Source: a virus. From it: a DNA stretch of 64,000 nt. Positions 1-8,634 of the stretch are shown here, in pieces. Each line of letters opens with the position of its first letter. Positions within the stretch are counted from its first letter, which is position 1. Location: IMG/VR virus record IMGVR_UViG_3300029554_000001, one strand, 5' to 3'. The position numbers were made by a program, and so were the translations under genes. The notes below the pieces were generated by a model. That model was given only the letters and a program-made list of their open reading frames with translations, was not told the DNA's origin and did no database searches.

Positions 1-171
1 CACATCAGATTTAATATTACTACTAATCAAGTTACTACTTCCGTTTATAGTGACCTGACTTAATCCATCGTAACTTGAATCAGGCTTTATATATTGTGTA
101 CTTGAGGATGGTGTAATAGTTTTAGACTATAACTGAGGACTTCCACCAATTGTTTTTACCTAAATAGACAC
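1..171 (-). CDS. tail-fibre/receptor-binding-like protein, N-terminal part (continues past window start)
   Basis: Minus-strand frame is open from GTG 171-169 to the window edge if TAG (plus-strand CTA at 127-129 and 160-162) is sense. Product reads VSIQVKTIGGSPQLQSKTITPSSSTQYIKPDSSYDGLSQVTINGS..., paralogous to the next gene. No ATG and no clear SD. The motif resembles tail-fibre repeats from memory only. Confidence 0.4.
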
Positions 172-208
172 ATCTTGGGCGTTAAAATGCTTCTTTTATA
201 TTTTAAAA

Positions 209-832
209 TTAAATTATTTTAAATAAATAGCAATCTGTAAGAGTGTAAGTATTCCAAACGAAAGCTCTAAAATAAGAGCCAAGCGCCCACAATCTGTATT
301 GAATTGTCATGCCAGTAGAAGAAATAGCGGTTATTTTATTTTCATCGTCATGAGCAAAACCCCAAATTGGGTCAACAATATTGAAATCGCCTGTGGAGGG
401 AGTATATTCTCCTAAATAAAACCGATAATAATTTTGTGTATTTGGCATAGATAATTTAGTAGTATTATTAATATTATTATATTTAAAATAATATTGGTAA
501 AAAATCTAAAATCTACTTGAGGTACTTTCAGAAGAATATCCCAATAAAAATTGGAGTAAATAATTTCTATTCTCCCAATTTTGGTTCTAATAAAAAGAAA
601 CGGACAAAGTAGACAATGCGGTATTTCCAGATGCTTGTTCTACTTTTAAAGTGGTTGGAGATTTCACAAATAAATTTTCATATGTTATAGAATTTGTATA
701 AGCAGAAACAATAACGTTACTTAATCCATCATATCCAGAATCAGCCGTAATGGTCTAGCTATATGTCTAAGGAGATACGGTTTTACTTTGTAATTTGGGA
801 GAACTGCCTGTAGAAAGACATTGTATGCTCAA
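209..832 (-). CDS. tail-fibre/receptor-binding-like protein (paralog of 1-171)
   Basis: Continuous 207-codon minus-strand frame from TTG 832-830 to TAA 211-209, with 4 in-frame TAG (506-508, 587-589, 755-757, 767-769). N-terminus LSIQCLSTGSSPKLQSKTVSPQTYSQTITADSGYDGLSNVIV matches the gene at 1-171. The ORF track shows only its last 79 aa. Confidence 0.5.
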
Positions 833-966
833 TTATTTGGCATTTGGAAGCAACATGCTTTTTGAGAATTGTTTTGAGAACCTAAATTAAAAAAATTTAG
901 ATTTTCAAAAGACCGCTCAAATACGCCCACTTTACTTAAGTAAAGCTGTTGCGTTAGCATCGAAAA

Positions 967-1079
967 ATGCAACAAAAAAGATGCAAGTTGCGCGAAATTC
1001 TCAATTAAATGCAACTTTGAGAAAAATGTGATTTGTTGCACGAAACACCATCAAAAAATGTGCAAGATTTCTTGCACGA
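967..1079. promoter_or_regulatory. operator-like repeat cluster in the divergent intergenic region
   Basis: ATGCAAC/ATGCAAG at 967, 981 and 1009. TGCAAC 1010-1015 is inverted to GTTGCA 1035-1040. Perfect 7-bp inverted repeat GTGCAAG-4nt-CTTGCAC at 1060-1077. Direct repeat AAAAATGTG..TTGCACGA at 1022-1043 and 1054-1079. Confidence 0.45.
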
Positions 1080-1148
1080 TGAAATTAGATGCTGCTGTGA
1101 GATAAATATGATAAATATTTGCTACTTGTGAAAGGAAGGAGAATAATT

Positions 1149-1484
1149 ATGGGAAAAACAAAAATTTCATTGTTTGAAAGATTTAAGCGAGCCATGGAGA
1201 AAACTCCGACCATGAAAAAGTGGGGAATTATCTCTTGGATTGCTACTATAAGCTTGACTGTGCTGTTCGTCATGTATATATTTTTTGGTCCAGTTGGTGC
1301 TGATACCACCTCTTTTGCTACCGTGGTCGGTTTGTCTTGGGGTGAGGTTGCTGTATATAATGCGTGCTATTGTTTTAAAGAGCGTGCAGAAAATAGAATG
1401 AAGATAAGTCTGGCATTTATAAATCAATTGGCAGATAAATATGGTATAGAAGCAATTACTCCTATTATTCAAAGTATTATTTAG
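1149..1484 (+). CDS. holin-like small membrane protein
   Basis: GGAAGGAG SD 6 nt upstream of ATG 1149. 111 aa with a hydrophobic segment WGIISWIATISLTVLFVMYIFFG and a second weaker one. Sits immediately upstream of the endolysin. No TAG. Confidence 0.5.
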   Translation: MGKTKISLFERFKRAMEKTPTMKKWGIISWIATISLTVLFVMYIFFGPVGADTTSFATVVGLSWGEVAVYNACYCFKERAENRMKISLAFINQLADKYGIEAITPIIQSII

Positions 1485-1511
1485 GAGTAAAAATTAAAAG
1501 GAGAAAAAAGA

Positions 1512-2555
1512 ATGAAATTATTAAAATGTCTTTTTACATAGAATAGATGTTATAAAAATGGGGTGAGAATTACTCCAAAAGGGATTATGGTTCATAGTAC
1601 TGGCTGTAACAATCCTAATTTGAAAAGATATGTGCAACCCTCTATTAATGATGCTAATTATAAAACACTGATTTCATAGCTTGGTAAGAATAATGGTGGT
1701 ACAGCTTGGAATAATTCTAATGCAAATGTATGTGTACATGCGTTTATTGGTAAACTTGCTAATGGCGAAATTGCTACTGTTCAAACTTTGCCTTGGAATT
1801 ATAAAGGATGGCATTGTGGTAAGGGAAATAAAGGCAGTCGGAATTCTTCTCATATAAGCTTTGAGATTTGCGAGGACGCGCTGACAGATGCTACTTATTT
1901 TAATAAAGTATATAAAGAGGCTGTTGAGTTCGCAGCTTATCTTTGCCAGCTTTACAATTTCGACCCATTAAAAGACGGAGTAATTATTGGACATTATGAA
2001 GGACACCAAAGAGGTATCGCTTCTAATCATGCCGACCCTCGTAATTGGTTTCCTCGTTTTGGCAAGAGTATGGACATTTTTAGACAAGATGTTGCTGCTA
2101 AGATGGGTAAAAAGGTAGCTCCTACTACCCACACTAATACTGAAACTACTGTGTCTTATTCTGGTATTGTTACCGCTTCTGTTTTGAGAATTCGTAAAGG
2201 TCCTTCTGTTTCTTCTTCTATTGCTGGAACTCTTAAAAAGGGAACGGGGGTCTCTATTATTCTTGAAGATAATGGTTGGGGTAAGTTGGCTGATGGTAGT
2301 GGTTGGGTAAGTTTAACTTATATTAAAAAGAATTCCATTCCAACTAGCACATTTAAAAGTTACCGAGGTAAAATTACAGCATCTTCTGGTGTTAATATAA
2401 GAACTGGTGCTGGTACTAACTACAGTAAAAATGGAGCTTTAACTTATAATTCTGTCGTAACTATTGTTAACGAGAAAAAAGTTTCTGGTATAACTTGGGG
2501 TAAGTTAGCCGATGGTAGAGGTTGGATTAGCCTTGCTTATTTAAAAAAGATTTAA
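1512..2555 (+). CDS. endolysin: N-acetylmuramoyl-L-alanine amidase (amidase_2/PGRP-like) with two C-terminal SH3 domains
   Basis: AAAGGAG SD. ATG 1512 is in frame with ORF 1788-2555 through TAG at 1539-1541 (codon 10) and 1677-1679. Amidase-type motifs GIMVHSTG, WHCGKGN, SFEICED, GHYEGHQRGIASNHADP. Two repeats of the GWGKLADG.GW(V/I)SL.Y SH3 type. Confidence 0.85.
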
Positions 2556-2569
2556 TTTACGATATAAAA

Positions 2570-2596
2570 AGAGGGAGAGTGTTTAACCCTCCCTCT
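2570..2596. terminator. hairpin between convergent endolysin and recombinase genes
   Basis: AGAGGGAG (2570-2577) pairs with CTCCCTCT (2589-2596), flanked by A/T runs. Positioned to terminate both convergent genes. Confidence 0.6.
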
Positions 2597-2612
2597 TGCA
2601 GTTTAATTTTAT

Positions 2613-3320
2613 TCAATCTTCTTCATCAAGCTTAAGAAGTCTATCTTTATATTCTTTTTCAATGCGTTCGCGTTCTAACTTCTCTGCTTTGCGCTGATTT
2701 TTCTCTACAATACTGGGTCTAAAATACCCTCTTTTATCACAAAAACGTTTCATTGTAGAACGATTAACATGAAAAAGTTTTGCTACATCTGCGTAACAGT
2801 TGTCTTGTTCAACAATCAATGCCTTAATGGTCTCTTCGTATTGAGTTAACTTTGTACTTTCTCCTAAAGAACCTTTCGGTCTACCAAGCTTTACTCCACT
2901 TGCTTTTCTCATCGCAAGTGCTTCCTTGGTTCTCTGACTAATAAGATTACGTTCAATTTCAGCAGAAAGTCCAAAAGCAAATGCTAAGACTTTGCTCTGA
3001 ATATCATCGCCTAATACAAATCCATCTTTGATTGTTCTTACTTGACAGCCTTTTTCCATACACAAAGAAAGAATGTCCATAATCATATAAAGACTTCTAC
3101 CAAGACGAGAAATCTCAGAGCAAATAATGATATCTCCACTTTGTACCTTTTTAAGAAGTTTTCCTAACTTACGCTTTTCGGGATTCTTTGTGCCAGAAAT
3201 CGTTTCTTCAATCCAGCCATCAATTTTCATGCCGTGCTTTTCACAATATTGGTTGATTTCAAAACGCTGGTTCTCAACAGTCTGCTGGTCAGTACTTACT
3301 CGAATGTAACCAAAAGTCAT
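2613..3320 (-). CDS. small serine recombinase (resolvase/invertase family)
   Basis: 235-aa ORF. N-terminal catalytic motif GYIRVSTDQQ, then SRLGR and a C-terminal HTH region. No in-frame TAG; stops at TGA. Confidence 0.9.
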   Translation of the reverse strand: MTFGYIRVSTDQQTVENQRFEINQYCEKHGMKIDGWIEETISGTKNPEKRKLGKLLKKVQSGDIIICSEISRLGRSLYMIMDILSLCMEKGCQVRTIKDGFVLGDDIQSKVLAFAFGLSAEIERNLISQRTKEALAMRKASGVKLGRPKGSLGESTKLTQYEETIKALIVEQDNCYADVAKLFHVNRSTMKRFCDKRGYFRPSIVEKNQRKAEKLERERIEKEYKDRLLKLDEED

Positions 3321-3466
3321 AATTAAAAATCTCCTTGTTTATGGTATTTTTTAATTGGATTGTAAATTGATGATACCATAGAGGGGTGAAAAATTCAACA
3401 ACTTAATAGGGAAATAATATGTCTTGTTTGTGCAGATTAATCAATTTTTTGTCGAAATTATCAATT

Positions 3467-3490
3467 GTTAATATTAATTTTAATATTAAC
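3467..3490. repeat. 10-bp perfect inverted repeat GTTAATATTA-ATTT-TAATATTAAC
   Basis: Read directly in the sequence. A third partial copy TTAATATTCA follows. Lies in the divergent region between the recombinase start (3320) and gene 3541. A second inverted repeat, TATGGTAT..ATACCATA, sits at about 3341-3389. Confidence 0.6.
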
Positions 3491-3540
3491 ATGATTAATA
3501 TTCATTATAGAGGACATATTTTAATATAAGGAGTATAACT

Positions 3541-3996
3541 ATGGTCTATAAAATAATCGGTGATTTCAATACCGATAATTTTGAAAATATGCTTTCTAAA
3601 ATTGGAAAGTATTATAAATTTATCTATCAAGATGATAACCTCTATCTTGCTTTGGCTCAATATAAATTTAGAGATGAAGCTTATGCAACTTTAAAAAAAT
3701 CTTTAAAACCAACTCGTAATTTTATTATCAGAGAAGTCAATGAGAAAAATATTATGAATGAAAATGATTTTGTTGTTGAATGGTGTAGAGACAATTTAGT
3801 TGCAATAGAAAAACAAAGATACGAAATAGAAAAGCAACAGAAATTGAGAGATACTATGAAAGTTCTCGATAATTTCGAACATATTTTAGCTGAACAAGAA
3901 AAAGCTAAAAAGTCTGTTAAGACTACAGATATTAATAAGAAGGGAGGAAATAATATTGGATAGTCCAAAAAAAAGAGGAAGACCCAAAAAGGTTGA
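3541..3996 (+). CDS. hypothetical protein
   Basis: AAGGAG SD. 140-aa ORF to TAG 3961-3963. If TAG is sense it runs to TGA 3994-3996, overlapping the portal start. Confidence 0.6.
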
Positions 3997-5146
3997 ATCG
4001 CCTAAAGCTGTTGTAAATGAAGAAGCTAAAATGATTACTATGACTTAGGATAAACCTGAAGAAGATGTTTCATTGAAGGCTATTCAGCAAAGATGGGCTA
4101 CTATTTTTGGTAAATACGCTTCTACTGGTTTTGACAACTTGGCTGGCGCTTGGGCTATGTCTTGGAGTCAATTAAATAATCCGTTTTTGCAGAATCAACG
4201 TATTAAACAAGTTAACGCTAAGGCTCAAAAAGTTCAATCAGAAGACCTTCAAAATGCTTTAAACAATCCAGAAAACTCTGAAATGACTTTTTAGAGAATC
4301 AGTATGTGGCTGTATTATACTAATTATGTTTACAATATTTTAGTAAAACTTAATAGAGATACTCCCTTATTTAATTATTATTATATCCCAGAGTATGTTG
4401 ACTCGAAAGATATGTCTACCGAAGCTTTTAAAAAAGAAAGTCAAAAAGTCGATAAGATTTTAAAAGCTTTTAAACCAAATTTAACTTTAAAAACTATTAC
4501 TACTCAGGTGAGTTTGGAAGGTAAATCTTCTTATTTACCTCGTACAAGCTATGATAAGAATGATGTTAATTTTTTTGTCATGCAGAAACTTAATACTGAT
4601 ATGGTTAAATTGATTGGTTTTGGTAGTAAACAGTAGTTTACTATTGCTTTTAATATGGCAATTTTCCTTCAACCAGCTTATGATGTTAGTCAGTATCCTC
4701 AATTTATTCAGGATGTCTGGAATCAAATGCTGGAAACAGGAATTGTTGTTATAGATTAGAAAACTAAGAAAAAGAGAATTTCTCCTAAAGCGAAACTTCC
4801 CGATGGTCACATCTTGGAAAGCAATGGAGAAAATTATATGTATTGGGTAAGATTGCCTCAAGATTTGTGTTATACATTCTATTTTGATGGCTCTCATCCT
4901 AATGCATTCCCTGATACAATTGGCTTGTTTGATGATTTGACAGACTTGGATGACTATAAATGGTTGCAAGCAAATTTATTAAGTAAAGGTGTTAATAGTG
5001 TTTTAACTGCTGAGGTTCCTATTACGAAGGATGCCAAGGCCCGGTCCGACTCTACTGTTATTACTCCTGATACAATTCTTGGTTATCAGGATTTCTTTGC
5101 GGAGAATATTTCAGGTAATATATTGCCTTTCTTCGCACCATTTAGT
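3956..5146 (+). CDS. portal-like protein, exon 1
   Basis: GGGAGG SD 9 nt before TTG 3956. ORFs 4073, 4304 and 4814 share one frame, joined by TAG at 4046, 4292, 4634 and 4757. The portal call rests on size (633 aa spliced), position at the head-module start and general sequence character only. Confidence 0.55.
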
Positions 5147-6465
5147 TAAGAATTTATATGAATTATAAACGAATAGCTAACGTTCACAGTAATGTGTTCG
5201 AAAAAGCGACAAATTGAATTGCTGGGAAATCCTAAAGTTGATTCAACTACAACGTAATTATGAAATATGAATAAGCGTGAATGTTGCGAAAGCAGAAAAA
5301 ATGAATCAAATATTTACATGGTTAAATCCTAAATAAATATAAATGGGTAATCAGCCGCTAAGTTCTGAAAAAGAAAAAGTTCAACGACTATCTCTGTTAA
5401 AGAGAGTAGAACCAAGTGGTTCGAAGTGGTTTGCCCCTTTTAATTAAGGGTGAAGATATAGTCTGTGCTTTATAGAAATATAAAGAAGTTCATAAGAGAA
5501 CTGCTTAAGTGTAACGAACTTAAGTGACCAATGTTTATTAATAAATTATATTATCAAAAGACATAAAATTTTTTAAAGAAAGGAGGGATAGAATGATTCT
5601 TCACGAAGAAGTGGATATTAATATAAATAACAGAAATATTACTTATTATAAGAATAAAGGATATGATTGTAAATCTGGAGATACATTGAAAGTAAAAGAA
5701 AAAGATATCCTTCCAACAAGCCCTTTAAAAGAAGAAAGAAAATGCGATGTTTGTGGACAAAACTTCATAAGAAGAAGAGATAATAATATTGAATCTTTTA
5801 ATAGATTTGGGAAAGATGTTTGTCCTCATTGTTTTAAAACTAATAAAAATATTAAAGATATAGTTCAACAAAAGAGAGAAAAAACTTTTATAAACAACTA
5901 TGGAGTAAATAATCCTATGTTTGTTCCAGAGTTTGTTGATAAAATTGGAGATACCTTAGAAGAAAAATATGGGGCAAGGAATCCATCTCAAATAGAAGAG
6001 TTTAAAATTAAACAAGAAGAATCTATGTTGGAAAAATATGGTGCTCGTAAAGCTTTGCAAGTAAAGCAGTTTCAAGAAAAATTTATAAAAACCATAAGTG
6101 AGAATTATTCTGTGAAGACCTCTTCTCAATAGGTTGCTTGTTTTAATATGTTAAAAGAGCGTGGATATAATGTTGAATTAAATTATCCTTATTCTACTTG
6201 TTCTTTAGATATTTTAATTATTATGCCAGATGGGACAAAAATTGACTTTGAATATGATGGAAGTCATTGGCATGATGATGAATAGAAAAAAAGAGATAGA
6301 AAACGTGACGAGTTTTTAAAAGGACAGGGTTTTAAAATAATTAGAATGGAATCTAAAAGAAGTATTCCCTCTTGGGAACAAATTGAAGATGAGATAAATT
6401 ATTTAATGGAAAAACCAGAAAGAAAATTTGCTCATTTATGTATTGATAATATAAACAATTGATAG
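5147..6465 (+). mobile_element. group I intron A (portal gene) carrying an endonuclease ORF
   Basis: P1: exon TTAGT (5142-5146) pairs with GCTAA (5176-5180), with U.G at the splice site. P2 hairpin with GTAA loop at 5181-5200. Conserved core blocks shared with introns B and C: TTGCTGGGAAATCCTAAAG at 5219, GGTAATCAGCCGCTAAG, P7 GACTAT 5386-5391 / ATAGTC 5458-5463. A stop lies right after the 5' splice site. The intron ends in G 6465, leaving exon 2 in frame; the 3' junction could instead be G 6471. Confidence 0.7.
5593..6462 (+). CDS. intron-encoded homing endonuclease, PD-(D/E)xK / EDxHD-like
   Basis: AAAGGAGGG SD. 289 aa with TAG at 6130 and 6283. Repeated EKYGA.NP-type modules, then LDILI..IDFEYDGSHWHDD..RD..L...GFKIIR (Vsr/EDxHD-like core). 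Paralog of the ORF in intron B. Confidence 0.65.
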
Positions 6466-7176
6466 ACACAGGAATTCGAATTACACACCTTAGAAAATCA
6501 GCCCGAAGCAATGGATATCATTTATGATAGAACTAGAGATTTAATCGCTACTTCTGGTAATTCTGCTCTTATGAGTATTACTGATAAACCTTCTATCGCT
6601 TCTGTTAAGGCTGCTCAATATATTTAGGCTGCTAGAATTGATTACCTTACCAGACAGTACGAAAGTTTCTTAAATGAAATGATTAATAAGAATTTTGATT
6701 TGAAATTCCAATGGAAAATTTCTCTTTGGGGTGATATCTTTAATATTCGCGAGGATATCAAAATTCTTAGAGAATAGGTTGTGTCTGGTTTAGAAGGTTT
6801 TATTCCTAAACTTCTGTCGGCTAATGGTATGACTGTTGATGATTATCAACAAGCTAAAGCTTACCTTAAAGCTTTAGATATTAAAGTTGAAAAAGTCTTA
6901 GACCAAGAAAATTTAATCGCTAACCCTGTTGGTAGACCAAAGTTGAACGATGATGAGATTACCAACGATAACACTGGTAACTCTTCCAATGCTGGAACTA
7001 ATGTTTCAGACATTAAGGAGTTTTCATATAATATCAAAAAGTGCCAAATTTGCGGAAAAGAACTGAATGAAGATGAAGATGTAATTTGTAACGAATGCTT
7101 GGAAGAAATGTATGAGTCTCGTATTAATGATATGAGTACTTTTACTCACATGATTCCAAAGAAAGTAAAGGATTGA
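6466..7176 (+). CDS. portal-like protein, exon 2
   Basis: Frame of ORF 6781-7176 stays open back to 6466 through TAG at about 6626 and 6775. C-terminal CxxC..CxxC element. Stops at TGA. Confidence 0.55.
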
Positions 7177-7180
7177 AAGT

Positions 7181-7411
7181 GTGAATTTGATTAAAACATT
7201 TAAAGAAAAAAAGTGGTGTATTAAAAAAGACCACACAAATTCTGAACCTTGTTGTAATCATAATCCTTTAGACTCTAATACCACGTTGCAAAAAAGCACG
7301 AAAAAATTAATGGTTTCTCCTGATAAATAGTTTTACATTTGTTCGCAATGTCAAAAATGTTTCGTCTTTAATACAGACGAAAAGGGAGAATTAATAATTG
7401 AGAAAGCTTGA
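7181..7411 (+). CDS. small Cys-rich (zinc-ribbon-like) protein
   Basis: GTG 7181. 76 codons with one in-frame TAG. Contains CC..ICSQCQKC. Stops at TGA 7409-7411. Confidence 0.4.
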
Positions 7412-7453
7412 TTGTTCCCTTTTTTCAGTCTTTCGTAAAGGAGGTCGATTAAA

Positions 7454-7714
7454 TTGGACCCTACAATTATAATTGCTATAATTTCCTTTATCGGAACTTG
7501 TGTTGGTACTATTGGTGGTATCATTACTACCAATAAATTAACCAATTATAAAATCGAGCAGTTGCAACGAAAAGTAGATGCTCACAATAATCTAATTACT
7601 CGTACCTACGAGTTGGAAAAGAATATGGGAATTGTTTTCCAGAAAATAGAGGAAAATAAATCTGATATTCAGGATATTAAAAAAGATGTCAAAGGAATTA
7701 TGGAGAAACTATAA
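7454..7714 (+). CDS. membrane-anchored coiled-coil protein
   Basis: AAAGGAGG SD before TTG 7454. N-terminal TM segment IIIAIISFIGTCVGTIGGIITT followed by a charged helical region. Confidence 0.6.
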   Translation: MDPTIIIAIISFIGTCVGTIGGIITTNKLTNYKIEQLQRKVDAHNNLITRTYELEKNMGIVFQKIEENKSDIQDIKKDVKGIMEKL

Positions 7715-7738
7715 AAAGGAAAGTGAGAGGACAATAAT

Positions 7739-8251
7739 ATGGTAAGTAATAATTATACGCCAGAGATTGTCGAAGCTTTAAATGATTTGTTGAGAAGCTT
7801 CTTTTAGATGAATTCTATTGCAGATAATATGGCTTATTCTCTTGATTGCGAATTGAACTGCCCATAGGCTAGCGAAATTTTTCATCATAAGTTCGCGCAC
7901 GTTTTTCCAAGCGATACTTTTGCTGACAAGTTAAGCGAAATAATGGTTCAAGAAGGCGTTCGTCCTATTCGTAAATCTCTTGAGGCTAATGTGGATATTT
8001 ATGATAATATCGAATTGCTGTTTAATGATGCCTACACAGAAATGGAAAGACTTAAAAAGAAGATTCTTGATGTTATTGAATTTTTAGATTACAACAAGTC
8101 ATGTAAGGTTTTTGTAATTGTTCTGGAAAATATGGCTGAAGTAGCTGGTTCTTTGCTCCATCAGTGTGATACTTGGAGACAAAAAGCTAGACTGTACAGT
8201 ACTTCACCAGAGTTGTTTGACGCTAATTTTGAAGGATTTACAAAAATCTGA
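7739..8251 (+). CDS. hypothetical protein
   Basis: ATG 7739 is in frame with ORF 7943-8251 through two TAG codons. Stops at TGA. Confidence 0.55.
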
Positions 8252-8273
8252 AATATATATAGGTAACTATATA

Positions 8274-8612
8274 ATGGGCTATGTTTATTTTATAACAAAT
8301 GGGGAAAATATTAAAATAGGATATACTAAAAATTCAGTTCAGAAAAGACTAAAACAATTAAATACTGGCAGTGATAAGCAATTATATATCTTAGGATATA
8401 TGAAAGGCACTATGGCTGATGAGGAAAACCTTCATTCTAAATTTTAGCAATATAAAATTAGAAATAATGGAGAATGGTTTGAGCCATCAGATGATATATT
8501 GGACTATATTAATATAGTTAACCTTGTTCCTAATTGCTACGTTCGGAAGAACGAGGCTTGGAATAACAAAGTAATGGCTATGACTTCTGTGCCATTGTCA
8601 TTTACATCATAA
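8274..8612 (+). CDS. T5orf172 / GIY-YIG-like domain protein (free-standing endonuclease-type gene)
   Basis: MGYVYFITNGENIKIGYT..R...L..(27 aa)..E..LH.KF-TAG-QYKIRNNGEWF pattern. TAG at 8445-8447 is read through to TAA 8610-8612. Confidence 0.55.
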
Positions 8613-8634
8613 GGAGAAAGGAGGAAGAAAAATA

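Noticed and set aside
1-832. Diversity-generating retroelement targeting the tail-fibre paralogs
   Set aside because: No reverse transcriptase gene and no template/variable repeat pair at the DNA level in the window.
829-1041. 70-aa minus-strand ORF in the divergent intergenic region
   Set aside because: Low-complexity product with no SD. It coincides with the operator-like repeat cluster, so the region is more likely regulatory DNA.
8413-8430. Hammerhead-like CUGAUGAG..GAAAAC string
   Set aside because: No helix II between the core elements and no flanking helices. It lies inside the T5orf172 coding sequence.
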